From contig JAZSLG010000021.1 in the NCBI GenBank assembly GCA_045535235.1, positions 1 through 56,234 on the forward strand: a stretch of DNA of 56,234 nucleotides. Direction: 5' to 3'. Source of the DNA: Candidatus Stercoripulliclostridium sp. (GTDB lineage: Bacteria; Bacillota; Clostridia; Christensenellales; DTU072). Positions 1 to 9,619 of this stretch are shown here, piece after piece. Under the pieces are notes generated by a model, which saw only the letters and a list, made by a program, of their open reading frames with translations, ran no database searches and had not been told where the DNA came from. The first letter of the stretch is position 1, and the number at the start of each line of letters is the position of its first letter. Both the position numbers and the translations under genes were made by a program.

Positions 1-76
1 TAGGAAGTGTTAACTACAACTCCTTGGCTCACAGAACGACATGGCTACGATCCGACTTCAACTGAGCTATACCCCC
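1..76 (-). ncRNA. tRNA-like RNA, 5' portion (truncated by window edge); atypical D-arm or intron-interrupted tRNA
   Basis: Minus strand from 76 reads GGGGGTATAGCTCAGTTG, a typical tRNA-Ala/Val 5' start. It then diverges, and GAGC complementary to the D-stem GCTC appears only after 33 nt. Strong promoter upstream. Confidence 0.5.
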
Positions 77-131
77 ATAGTATTTTGTTTTAAGGTGCGT
101 TTATATACTATCGTTAAGCGACAGCCTAGTT

Positions 132-160
132 ATAATAACACCTTATAATTTTATTGTCAA
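132..160 (-). promoter_or_regulatory. sigma70-type promoter of the tRNA-like RNA
   Basis: TTGACA-17 bp-TATTAT with TG extended -10 on the minus strand. Confidence 0.75.
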
Positions 161-270
161 ACTTTTTTAACAAATTTTTATAAATTTTTTGTGAAAATTT
201 TTTATCACTTTTTATATCTATAAAATTCGTTTATTTTTTTACTTTTGTAGTCGTCTTTTTTTATTATAAT

Positions 271-303
271 AAAAAAGAGAGCGTCCACTAAAAACGCTCT
301 CTT
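271..303 (-). terminator. intrinsic terminator
   Basis: AGAGAGCGT...ACGCTCTCT inverted repeat with A-run on + (U-tail on -), downstream of ORF 322-828. Confidence 0.75.
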
Positions 304-321
304 CTATTTTCATAATATTTC

Positions 322-828
322 TTATACTAAATCTTTTTGTAGTCTTTCGGTTGCAAGACATATCATAAAGATAAAGAAGAGATTGCCTTTTTCGTGTATT
401 CTAACTTGATAAACTTCCTCGTCTTGGGGGAAAGGAATTACGTTAGCTACCAAATCTTTACCATCATAAATATCGTAGCCATATTCGCTTGGTTTTCCCC
501 ATATGCTAAAGTTGTACGATTGCTTGCCCTTTACGTTCTTAATGTATTGTTCATCGCCCTTTTCTATAACGTTGGTAAAGAAAGAGAAATTATCCTTACC
601 ATTCATAGCCATTTTAATAGCGCCGGGATAAACGGGATTGGGAGTAGCGATAGCCATGGTTGCAACGTTACCTTCAAAAGAAAGTTGTGCTACTTGGTCG
701 CCCAATTTATTATAAATATAATAACCGGAATTCAAGTATGCGGACTTGCAAATCATATCGCCCATTTCCGTGCGAAGAGCGAAGTCCCCTGCTCTACCGT
801 AAAGTTTCTTTAATATTCTGAAAATCAT
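322..828 (-). CDS. LURP-one/Tubby C-like (scramblase fold) protein, divergent
   Basis: 168 aa; repeated beta-strand pattern (YYIYNKLGDQVAQL, YDIYDGKDLVANV) and C-terminal hydrophobic helix; SD GAGGT. Confidence 0.5.
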   Translation of the reverse strand: MIFRILKKLYGRAGDFALRTEMGDMICKSAYLNSGYYIYNKLGDQVAQLSFEGNVATMAIATPNPVYPGAIKMAMNGKDNFSFFTNVIEKGDEQYIKNVKGKQSYNFSIWGKPSEYGYDIYDGKDLVANVIPFPQDEEVYQVRIHEKGNLFFIFMICLATERLQKDLV

Positions 829-975
829 AATACTACCTCACTAAATGTAATTTTACAATAAAACAAAAAGTATGTCAAGACTAATTATCTGCGAATATAC
901 CAAAAACACAAGCAAAATTACTATTTATATATAATATTGTATCGTGTGCATGCGTGCGCGCGTGCGAATGCGACA

Positions 976-1002
976 AAAAAAGAGGAACCATGCGGTTCCT
1001 CT
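976..1002 (-). terminator. intrinsic terminator
   Basis: AGAGGAACC-ATGC-GGTTCCTCT hairpin with A-run on +. Confidence 0.8.
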
Positions 1003-1020
1003 CATATTAATGCGAAATGG

Positions 1021-2319
1021 TTATTTCATTTTATTGCGAGAAGCGATTGCGGTTGTTACCGTTCTTTCATACTTATTCATACCAGTGGTATCCAAAGGCT
1101 CGTCATCTTCTTCGATTAACGTGAGCTCTTCTTTTTTACCGCCAAATTCCTTTAGGCGAAGAGCTGCAACTGCAACAGAGCTGAATACTACTACTGCGCC
1201 CCAAATATAAATCCATTGACGTGCGGGGAAGATGGAAAGAACTGCAAATAGTAGATTATTGCTATCTAACCATGCGGAATGTTGATATCCGTGCATACCG
1301 CGTAGTCCTGCAGCAGGAGTAAGCATGATTTGAAGACCGCCGTCACGAAGGTCAACGCCAACATATAACTCGGCTCCAGCAAGAGCAGGATCTGCAATAC
1401 CTTCATTAACGGTACCAAGAACGTCTGCCAAGGTCTTATCAAGTCCTAAACTGGTAATTAAAGCAGCAATATCAACGTCGCCTAGACCAGCTACTAAACC
1501 AGAAAGGTCGATGGTCATGGGAGTTCCTTGCATATCTAGGATAGACCAAGTAATGATGGTTTCTACTTCCTCGTTTTGAACGGGTTTCTTATTTACTACG
1601 TCACCATCTTTATCGGTTACGATTTCCTTGGGAGTGATGTCTGCTTGGAGATGATAGTAAACGTCGTCTTTTATTTCTCTTTCGTTAAGGATTAGGTGAA
1701 CGAGTACGGGAATGGTCAAACGGTTATCATTAGCCATATTTAGCCAAGGACCATTGCTGGTAAATGTCTTATAACCATTGGTATCCATAGCCTTAAAGTT
1801 TTGCTTTAATAGAGCTTGAACTTCGGGAGATTTGTAACCGAGTTCTACCCATTCTTCTTCACTATGTTCGTCGGTGGAAAGGTTACCGTTAGCAACGTTC
1901 ATTCTAATGAATTCATCAAGAAGGTTACCGTGCAATTCTGCTTGAGCTCTGTAATCTTCGTGCAAATCTTCAAACTTGCGGGTTCCTTGAGTTGCAGTTT
2001 CCAAAATATCAGGGAGAACGAAGGGGATATCAACGATTAGCCAAATGCCTGCGGTTAATACGAAAGACATTATTACTAGGGTTGCAACACTCTTCTTAAC
2101 TCTATTAAAGTTACCCTTATGCTTTTTGGAATTTTTACCGGTAACGATAAAAATAATGGTATAAACAATAGCGAGAACGCCAGCAAGAATTAGACCAACG
2201 AAGGGCCAAAATCCATAGGTGCCACCTTGTTCATAAATGATAAGGCTATTGTAAGCAACTAATGCAACTAGTGCCGGGAAGCCTATAATATATAATAATG
2301 TTTTAAGAACTTTTTTCAT
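1021..2319 (-). CDS. uncharacterised membrane protein (3 N-terminal TM, large soluble domain, C-terminal TM)
   Basis: 432-aa ORF, SD GGGAGG, hydropathy pattern; shares motifs with the upstream ORF. Confidence 0.8.
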   Translation of the reverse strand: MKKVLKTLLYIIGFPALVALVAYNSLIIYEQGGTYGFWPFVGLILAGVLAIVYTIIFIVTGKNSKKHKGNFNRVKKSVATLVIMSFVLTAGIWLIVDIPFVLPDILETATQGTRKFEDLHEDYRAQAELHGNLLDEFIRMNVANGNLSTDEHSEEEWVELGYKSPEVQALLKQNFKAMDTNGYKTFTSNGPWLNMANDNRLTIPVLVHLILNEREIKDDVYYHLQADITPKEIVTDKDGDVVNKKPVQNEEVETIITWSILDMQGTPMTIDLSGLVAGLGDVDIAALITSLGLDKTLADVLGTVNEGIADPALAGAELYVGVDLRDGGLQIMLTPAAGLRGMHGYQHSAWLDSNNLLFAVLSIFPARQWIYIWGAVVVFSSVAVAALRLKEFGGKKEELTLIEEDDEPLDTTGMNKYERTVTTAIASRNKMK

Positions 2320-2333
2320 TATATTACCCTCCC

Positions 2334-3851
2334 TTATTTTCTTGCAACTGCAAGTTTTGCGTATTGGTCATCAATCTTTGCGGTAAACCAATATGCTGCG
2401 AGTAAGCAGAATACGATGGCTGCACTCATCTTGATAGAAATAGCACGAACTGCAAAGATAGGATAAAATTCGTTAATAAGTTCGGTTTGAGCATCCCATA
2501 CTTTGAAGGTCTTGAGTAGACCAGCACCGGTATAGGGATTCTTGGTCCCGGACATGTTGTCAAGGTTCATCAAACCAACGTTTTCACCTACTAGAACGGC
2601 GCCTACTTTAGCACCATGAACGGTTGCATAGTAGTTAGCGTAAGCATACTCACGTAGACCTTCGTCTTCGATGAAGTAGAATACGGGGTAGGTCGAGGGA
2701 GATTGATAGTTGGAATATCCTTTGAGTAGATTTAGTAGGTCCTCTTTTTGTAGGGTATCGCCACCGGTACCAAGAAGTTCTGCTAGAGTCTTGCCAAGAC
2801 CCAAATCATTAATAAACTTAATAAGTTGGTCAACGGTCAAATCTTCGGTCAACAGATCTTGGATAGCTTCAGTATCGATACTTACGTCAAGACCGAAAGC
2901 GGGAAGCAACGTGGGAAGTAGACCAAGAAGGTTTTGGACGCCTTCACTGGAGCCAAGTTTGCCACCAACTACGCTTGCAATAGCGCTAAGACGAGCGTCG
3001 GTAATATAGAATTTATTAGCATAACCGTCTTCGGGATTATAAGCGAGTTGATATTCGTCGGGAGAATTGATATACTCAAAACCTTCCATCTTAAAGCTGG
3101 ACTCGCTAGCGCCATTTCTATATTTATTCCAATCGGAAGAGAGATTGTTTTCAAGTTCGTAAACTGCCTTAGCAAGTTCTTCGTCGATATTCTTGCCTTG
3201 TGCTTCAAACTCCAATTTGTTCTCATAGTAAGCTTTTTGTACTGCGATAGCTTGCTTCAAGCTGAACAAATAACCGTCACTAAACATTCCGTTGGGGCTA
3301 TAATATGCTTGAGCTTCCTCATCGTAGTAATACTTGGAGCCATCACCATTCACACCGTAGTTTTTGCCTTCGAGAGCTCCGGGGGCAAGATTGAAAACTT
3401 CAATATATTTTTCAATGTCCTTATTGGTGAGTTCAGCTACTTCTTGATATTTAGTTTGAAGTTTTTCATAGCTATAAAAATCATTTTCGCTAAGGCCGAC
3501 TTCTTCTACGTACTTATCAACGAGAGCTTCGTATTCACCTTTAACCATAAAATCGGAATAAGCTATGGGAGCTATGGTAATAACGGTTGCAATAAGTGCT
3601 ACCCAAACAGCTCTTGCTATCCTATTCTTTCTGCAAATAGCTCTAAATAGTAATTGAGCAAGTATAACGACTACCCACATTACGGCTGCAATAATAATAG
3701 CTAAATAAGCGCCCATATCGGTTGCCAAATAAGATTCTTGGACAGGACGAGCAGTTAGCATTACCATATGCACGAATAGAGGGAAGCCGAGTGCGTAAAA
3801 TACGACTTGTAGTACGCGTTGGATTCTAATTTTTCTTCTAATTTTATCCAT
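2334..3851 (-). CDS. uncharacterised membrane protein, probable paralog of 1021-2319
   Basis: 505-aa ORF, SD AAGGAG, same topology; 14-bp gap to the next gene. Confidence 0.8.
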   Translation of the reverse strand: MDKIRRKIRIQRVLQVVFYALGFPLFVHMVMLTARPVQESYLATDMGAYLAIIIAAVMWVVVILAQLLFRAICRKNRIARAVWVALIATVITIAPIAYSDFMVKGEYEALVDKYVEEVGLSENDFYSYEKLQTKYQEVAELTNKDIEKYIEVFNLAPGALEGKNYGVNGDGSKYYYDEEAQAYYSPNGMFSDGYLFSLKQAIAVQKAYYENKLEFEAQGKNIDEELAKAVYELENNLSSDWNKYRNGASESSFKMEGFEYINSPDEYQLAYNPEDGYANKFYITDARLSAIASVVGGKLGSSEGVQNLLGLLPTLLPAFGLDVSIDTEAIQDLLTEDLTVDQLIKFINDLGLGKTLAELLGTGGDTLQKEDLLNLLKGYSNYQSPSTYPVFYFIEDEGLREYAYANYYATVHGAKVGAVLVGENVGLMNLDNMSGTKNPYTGAGLLKTFKVWDAQTELINEFYPIFAVRAISIKMSAAIVFCLLAAYWFTAKIDDQYAKLAVARK

Positions 3852-3912
3852 TTCGCAATCTCCTTCTTCTATTTTGTGTATAAGAAACGTTAAAATACGT
3901 TTATACCTTTTA

Positions 3913-3941
3913 ATTATATATAATTAATGTACGCGTGTCAA
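3913..3941 (-). promoter_or_regulatory. consensus sigma70 promoter of the membrane-protein pair
   Basis: TTGACA-17 bp-TATAAT. Confidence 0.8.
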
Positions 3942-3987
3942 TACCTTAAAAACCAATTTTTTTATTTTAAGATTGATTTCGTCGAAT

Positions 3988-4017
3988 AAAAAAGACACCG
4001 TCAGGTGCCTTTTTTTT
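3988..4017. terminator. probable intrinsic terminator
   Basis: GACACC-GTCA-GGTGCC imperfect hairpin flanked by A and T runs. Confidence 0.55.
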
Positions 4018-4022
4018 GTTTC

Positions 4023-5000
4023 TTATTCCTTTAACTGTTTTTCCAATGCGTTAATGGCCTTATTAAACAAGCGTTTTCCTATCATCCTTCTACCAAGATA
4101 AATCAAACTGCCTTTTTTCCAACGAGTGCAAGGTTCTATCATCATTATCATGCCTAAATACATTCTTAATAGGTTTGCCCTAATAAGTACGCTTTCCGTT
4201 ATTTCAAAAGGAGTAACACTATTGTAACCTTTCATAAAATATTCGTTGTTTTCAAACTTCTTGAAAAGGTTAAGTGAAATAAAGTCGCCTACTGGATCGC
4301 CCCACATAGCCCTTTCCCAATCTATTAATCCTTGGAAATTGTGAGTTTTAGAAACGAATATATTTCCAACCCAAACGTCAAAATGAACTAGTGACGGCAC
4401 GGTAACTTCTTTTAGATAGGGAACGGCATAGGTAAGAACGTTATTGATACGATAGGTATCAAGTTTTACGTCTAGCACGGTAGCGTCTGCTATAAGATTG
4501 TTTATCATTTTCTTATAAGCAACTTCCCAAGTTTCTTCTAATCCGCACTGCGGATACCCAAAGCCCTCTCCTTTAATCTTGTGCAGTTCCGCAAGGTTGG
4601 CTCCAAGTTGATAGTTAAACCTCTTCCTTTGGTTTGTTGAAGGAAAAGTGTAGCCAAGCAAAGGAGCGTTTAACGCTTCCATTATAAAATAATCAACGCC
4701 TATCTTCGTGCGAGAACTATCGCTAAACAAAACGTTAGGACGTTTTACCACGCTTCCTTCAAGTTTGTTATAAAAATAAATTTCGGTATTCAAAATGTCC
4801 TTTTCGTAACTTAAAACCTTTACTTCCGGACTGGAACCAAATTTAATAAAATATTTTTTATCTCCACTCTTTATTTGAAAAATGGTGTTAAATTCACCTG
4901 CTTCAACTTCTCTTATATTTTCCGCAATACCTACGCCTGATTCGTCAAAAAGTTTTTTAGCATCATATTTACTGACGTTGGTTTTAGTATAACTCTCCAT
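4023..5000 (-). CDS. aminoglycoside phosphotransferase (APH/choline kinase-like) family protein
   Basis: LAELHKI, HFDVWVGNIFV (Brenner-type motif), IDWE; start moved to ATG at 5000 (SD GGAG). Confidence 0.8.
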   Translation of the reverse strand: MESYTKTNVSKYDAKKLFDESGVGIAENIREVEAGEFNTIFQIKSGDKKYFIKFGSSPEVKVLSYEKDILNTEIYFYNKLEGSVVKRPNVLFSDSSRTKIGVDYFIMEALNAPLLGYTFPSTNQRKRFNYQLGANLAELHKIKGEGFGYPQCGLEETWEVAYKKMINNLIADATVLDVKLDTYRINNVLTYAVPYLKEVTVPSLVHFDVWVGNIFVSKTHNFQGLIDWERAMWGDPVGDFISLNLFKKFENNEYFMKGYNSVTPFEITESVLIRANLLRMYLGMIMMIEPCTRWKKGSLIYLGRRMIGKRLFNKAINALEKQLKE

Positions 5001-5110
5001 ACAAATTCTCCATATTATTGAACTAAGTTCTAATAATATTATATGTATATTTAAAACAAATTTCAAGTGTTTTTCGCATTATTCTTTCTAAAAACCTTGT
5101 TTTTATGACC

Positions 5111-5659
5111 TTATTCTCCTTTTTTTGGTACTCCAGAACGAGGTTTTATTAAAATCTCTTCTTTTAGTTTGCAAAAATAAGGTACTTTTTTGAAAGCAAA
5201 AATTAGCGTTCCGCCAAGAACTATTGCTATTGCAGGTTGTATGAATTGCATGGGAAGATTGGCTACCGCCATACCCCACCCATAAACAAAGCCTTCAAAC
5301 ACAAAGTAACATGCGACCATAAGTACAGATGAAACAAACGAACCTACGACGTACCTAATTAAATTAGTTTTTTTGTAAAACAATAAACTTGCCACAAGTG
5401 CCATTAGACCTTTAGCTAAAAAAGTTATAGGCATATAGATAACGTAACCGGCTAGTAAATCGGCAAGCATACTGCCTATCGCACTAGCTAAAACGCTAAA
5501 AACGGGCGGTAACATAAAACTTCCAAGCAAAATAAAAACGTCGCCCACGTGAACGTATCCCAATGAAATTGGAAACTTTATAAACGAAGTCGTAACGAAT
5601 ATTATTGCCGTAAATAATGCAGTCGTCGTTATTCTTTTTATGTGTATCGAATTTTTCAT
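5111..5659 (-). CDS. ECF transporter S component
   Basis: Hydrophobic 182 aa; GYVHVGD, GSMLADLL.GY, TFLAKG motifs. Confidence 0.85.
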   Translation of the reverse strand: MKNSIHIKRITTTALFTAIIFVTTSFIKFPISLGYVHVGDVFILLGSFMLPPVFSVLASAIGSMLADLLAGYVIYMPITFLAKGLMALVASLLFYKKTNLIRYVVGSFVSSVLMVACYFVFEGFVYGWGMAVANLPMQFIQPAIAIVLGGTLIFAFKKVPYFCKLKEEILIKPRSGVPKKGE

Positions 5660-5675
5660 AATAACTATCCCTAAA

Positions 5676-7241
5676 TTAAATTTTGAATTTTTCCTTGTAA
5701 TAAATATTTAACGCTTGCTTAATGCCATCAACGGCACTCGAAGTTATACCACCAGCATACCCCGCACCTTCCCCACAAGGATAGATACCCTCTATATTAC
5801 TTTCACCTTTATCGTTTCTTTCCATACGGATAGGACACGATGAATGGGTTTCGGGTGCAATAAAAAGAGCTTTTTCTTGGTCAAAACCTTTAATTTTTCT
5901 ACCAAACGTTGCCATGCCTTCTTTTATACTTTCGGTAACGTAGTTTGGTAGTAAAACGTTTAATTTTGTTCCCATTAATCCCGGCAAATAAGACGATTTT
6001 ATTTCACCATTCGTAGTTCTAGAGCGAATGAAATCACCGTAGTATTGGGCGGGTGCCTTATAACCACCCCCTCCCATTACGTAAGCCTGTCTTTCAATCG
6101 CCTTTCTTGCACTAAACCCACCGAAAAGCGTTCCGTCAAAATCTTGAGGATTGACTGATACCAAAACCGCTGAATTGGCGTATTCGCTATCACGAGCACG
6201 ATTGGACATCCCGTTTGTTATAACAGTACCCTCTTCGCACGATGAACAAACCACCTCTCCGCCAGGACACATGCAAAACGTGTACACTCCCCTACCGTTA
6301 GAAACGTGAGTACTCAATTTATAATCGGCTGGAGGTAACAATCTGTAGCTTTCACCATATTGAGCGTAGTCGATAAAACGTTGTGAATGCTCCACTCTAA
6401 CACCAATAGAAAAAGGCTTTGGAGTCATTAGCATACCACGCCTATTAAGCAAGGTAATGGTATCCTCTGCGCTTTGTCCTATTGCAAGAATTAAGTAATC
6501 TATCTTTTCAGTTTGGGTACCGTTTATTACAATTTCGGTTATCCTATTTTCCTTAACTATAACATCGGTAAGTTTTGCATGAGTAACGAGGTCGACGCCC
6601 TTTTCTTTCAAACTTGCGCGCACGTTTTTAACGACTTTGCGCAAAACGTCCGTACCTATATGCGGTGCGCTTTCATAGGCTATATCGCTAGGTGCGCCTG
6701 CATTAATTAGTTCACCAAATACTACTGACGTATACTCTTTACTAATACCAGTATTTAACTTGCCGTCAGAAAAAGTGCCGGCTCCGCCCTCTCCAAACTG
6801 CACGTTGGTTTCAACGTCAAGTACACCAAGGTTTCTTAGTCCCTCTATTTTCTCCACTCTTTCTTCCACGCTACCACCACGCTCTATAATAGTAGGTTTG
6901 AAACCTAATTGTGAAAGAGTCAATCCCGCAAAAAGCCCAGCCGGTCCAGAGCCAACAATGACAATTTTTTTATCCGTTTTAATCGGAGTTAAGCCCAAAT
7001 CTTTAATAGCTCTTGGAGGTAATGAATACTCCTCGGCTCTAATCCCTTTGCCGTTTTTTAATTCAACGGCAACGTTGAGAACGTACAAAACGTTATTTTT
7101 ATAACGCGCATCAATGCTCCTTGAAAGCACCACTATTTTTTCAAGGTTATTTTTATATGTATTTAGTTTTTTCAAAACCGCTTTGTTAAGGTCTTCTTCT
7201 ACGTACCCCAACGGCAGTCTAATACCATTAATCCTATACAT
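5676..7241 (-). CDS. FAD-dependent oxidoreductase (uncharacterised family)
   Basis: GSGPAG, QFGEGGAGTFSDGKL, TFCMCPGG, GEGAGYAGGITSSAVDG. Confidence 0.85.
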   Translation of the reverse strand: MYRINGIRLPLGYVEEDLNKAVLKKLNTYKNNLEKIVVLSRSIDARYKNNVLYVLNVAVELKNGKGIRAEEYSLPPRAIKDLGLTPIKTDKKIVIVGSGPAGLFAGLTLSQLGFKPTIIERGGSVEERVEKIEGLRNLGVLDVETNVQFGEGGAGTFSDGKLNTGISKEYTSVVFGELINAGAPSDIAYESAPHIGTDVLRKVVKNVRASLKEKGVDLVTHAKLTDVIVKENRITEIVINGTQTEKIDYLILAIGQSAEDTITLLNRRGMLMTPKPFSIGVRVEHSQRFIDYAQYGESYRLLPPADYKLSTHVSNGRGVYTFCMCPGGEVVCSSCEEGTVITNGMSNRARDSEYANSAVLVSVNPQDFDGTLFGGFSARKAIERQAYVMGGGGYKAPAQYYGDFIRSRTTNGEIKSSYLPGLMGTKLNVLLPNYVTESIKEGMATFGRKIKGFDQEKALFIAPETHSSCPIRMERNDKGESNIEGIYPCGEGAGYAGGITSSAVDGIKQALNIYYKEKFKI

Positions 7242-8331
7242 TCTCTCCTACCGCCATTCCGCTTGCCACGGCCCACATAATATTAAAACCACCACATTCG
7301 CCATCAACGTCTAATACCTCGCCACTTGCGAAAAGTCCTTTTGATAATTTTGATTCCAAAGTATATGGGTTAAAACCGTCAACAACGAGTCCTCCGCTAG
7401 TAACTTGCGCTAGTTCGAAAGAACCTAGTTTTGCGTTTTCTAATGGATAACATTTTATCATTTCCACCACTTTATCCAGATCGTTTCCTGCATTCCTACG
7501 GATATTATTAACTATCTCTTTATGGAATACGCCTTCCATTCCACCAAGCTTAATAATAGTCTTACGACACTCAGTAGAAGTGTACTCCGGCATCAAATCT
7601 AGCGTTAGTCTAGCGTTCTTACAATTTGTCCTGGCAAGCTTTTGTGATAAAGTAAATATTGCCGTACCCGATACTCCGTTATCCTTAAAAATCACTTCGT
7701 CGTAGCACTCGCTTATAAATCGTAAATTTGCAAATAATTTTACGTTTGCTTTTAGTCTTACCCCGCGAAGTCCTTTTATGTTTTCCGTTGAAGTTAGCAT
7801 TGGTACTAATGCAGGCTTAAATGCAGTATTTAGGTGTCCAAATTTCTCATAAAGGTATCCACTTTCCGTACCAAACGTTGCACGAGAGCCTGTTGCGAGT
7901 AATACGTTTTTTGCCTTATAACCATTAATCTCGTAACCTTTTTGAATGTCTGTGACTTCTTTAGCAAGTACGATTTCCACGCCAAGCCTATATAGTTCAT
8001 CACGCAATGCGTTAAGAACGCAAGAAGCTTGTTCGCTATAAGGATAAATTCTACCCTCCACTTCTTTAGTCAAAAGCCCTATGCTATTATAAAACTCAAT
8101 TTGTTTTTCTAGGGAATATTTTGATAATATGGGATATACGAAATCGGTATTGTATTTCCCATGTATATCACTTACGTTTGCCATATTGCATTTACCATTA
8201 CCGGTTGCAAGTAATTTTTTACCAATCTTATCGTTTTTTTCCAAAATGATAACGCTCTTACCACGTCTTCTTGCGGTAATCGCCGATACCATAGCACTTA
8301 TTCCACCACCAATAATCAGTAAATCGTACAT
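7234..8331 (-). CDS. HI0933/BaiN-like flavoprotein
   Basis: GKKLLATGNGKCN, AQVTSGG, GEVLDVDGECGGFNI. Confidence 0.85.
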   Translation of the reverse strand: MYDLLIIGGGISAMVSAITARRRGKSVIILEKNDKIGKKLLATGNGKCNMANVSDIHGKYNTDFVYPILSKYSLEKQIEFYNSIGLLTKEVEGRIYPYSEQASCVLNALRDELYRLGVEIVLAKEVTDIQKGYEINGYKAKNVLLATGSRATFGTESGYLYEKFGHLNTAFKPALVPMLTSTENIKGLRGVRLKANVKLFANLRFISECYDEVIFKDNGVSGTAIFTLSQKLARTNCKNARLTLDLMPEYTSTECRKTIIKLGGMEGVFHKEIVNNIRRNAGNDLDKVVEMIKCYPLENAKLGSFELAQVTSGGLVVDGFNPYTLESKLSKGLFASGEVLDVDGECGGFNIMWAVASGMAVGENV

Positions 8332-8346
8332 TTGAATACCTTTAGT

Positions 8347-8372
8347 AAAACCCGCTATTTATAACGGGTTTT
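8347..8372 (-). terminator. probable intrinsic terminator after pgk
   Basis: AAAACCCG...CGGGTTTT inverted repeat. Confidence 0.55.
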
Positions 8373-8380
8373 GCTTTAAT

Positions 8381-9619
8381 TTATTTTGAATTTAGCATCG
8401 CCTCTATAAGCGGTAATTTTTTACCGCTAAGGAATCTTACCATTGCACCGCCTGCCGTACAAACGTAACTAACGTTTTTAAGGTCAATAAATTTGCTAGC
8501 AGCAGTTACGGTATCTCCTCCACCTATTACGGAGTAAGCATTACTTTTGGCTATTGCATTCCAAATTTTATCGGTACCATAAGAAAATAATTCATTTTCG
8601 TACACACCTGCGGGTCCGTTAACGAATATGGTGCCTGCCGAAGCAAGAACTTCCTCAAAATTAGCCACCGATTTTGCACCTACGTCTAGGAACATGGCGG
8701 TATCGTTTGGCAATTCTTTCAATGTTATCTCCATACGTTTACCATCACACTCGTATGCAAAATCAACAGGCATAACGAATTTGTCACCGTATTCTTGGAG
8801 TAACTCTTTTGCTTGCTCTACAAAAACGAGCAAATCACGGTCTTTTAGCCATTTTTCGTAGGTCTCACCCATTCTTACACCTTGAGCAAGACGCATAACG
8901 ACACCTGTTACGCCACAAGCTATAATCTTATCAGCAACGCCGTCTTTTAAGACTTTACCCATCATTCCAAAGGCATCGCTTATCTTAGCTCCGCCAAGTA
9001 CGAAAACAACCGGCTTGTTTGCAGAAGTCATTACTCCGTGTAGAGCTTCGTATTCTTTGAAGAACAATGGTCCTGCATAAGAAGGCATAAGTAGTTCAAA
9101 AGCCACCATACTGGGAGCATTGCGGTGTGCTGCAGAAAAAGCATCGTTAACGTAAATATCAAATAAAGGAGCAAGTCTTCTTACCAAATAGGTATTCAAC
9201 ATATCTTCGGGTTTTAGTTTAACGTCCTTTTCAAAAGTAGAAACTTCTTCCGTCAAATAACGAAGATTGCCAAGTAATATAACTTCGCCTTCATTTAGTT
9301 CTTTCACTCTTTTAATAGCGTATTCTCCGCAAACGTCATCTATATAGTCGACGTTGATACCGCTTATTTCCGTTAATCTTTGAGCATGAGGAGCCATGGA
9401 CATTAGGTTTTGGTAATCCAAAGTGTCCCCTTGGTGTGCTATAATCGCCACTTTTGCGCCACCTTCAACCAAATACTTTAAGGTGGGAACCGTTGCGTTA
9501 AGACGATTATCGTTTACTATCTTTCCGCCTTTTACGGGAGAGTTAATATCGGGGCGGAAAAGTACGGTTTTACCCTTTACGTCCACCCCTATTATAGATT
9601 TAATTTTTACTTCTTCCAT
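8381..9619 (-). CDS. pgk: phosphoglycerate kinase (archaeal-like)
   Basis: RPDINSP, NDAFSAAHR, LGGAKISD, NGPAGVYE, GGGDT motifs. Confidence 0.88.
   Translation of the reverse strand: MEEVKIKSIIGVDVKGKTVLFRPDINSPVKGGKIVNDNRLNATVPTLKYLVEGGAKVAIIAHQGDTLDYQNLMSMAPHAQRLTEISGINVDYIDDVCGEYAIKRVKELNEGEVILLGNLRYLTEEVSTFEKDVKLKPEDMLNTYLVRRLAPLFDIYVNDAFSAAHRNAPSMVAFELLMPSYAGPLFFKEYEALHGVMTSANKPVVFVLGGAKISDAFGMMGKVLKDGVADKIIACGVTGVVMRLAQGVRMGETYEKWLKDRDLLVFVEQAKELLQEYGDKFVMPVDFAYECDGKRMEITLKELPNDTAMFLDVGAKSVANFEEVLASAGTIFVNGPAGVYENELFSYGTDKIWNAIAKSNAYSVIGGGDTVTAASKFIDLKNVSYVCTAGGAMVRFLSGKKLPLIEAMLNSK

Noticed and set aside
1-76. Canonical tRNA-Ala/Val or tmRNA call
   Set aside because: Only the first 18 nt match a tRNA. 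No normal anticodon arm is visible and no tmRNA 5' GGnTTCGA motif, so it is kept as tRNA-like only.
161-270. Very AT-rich tract as possible replication origin
   Set aside because: No DnaA-box array or dnaA context; more simply an UP-element-rich region upstream of a stable-RNA promoter.
4023-5000. Antibiotic-resistance call for the APH-family gene (also the VanZ and MBL genes)
   Set aside because: Only generic family motifs; no mobile context or resemblance to specific resistance enzymes.
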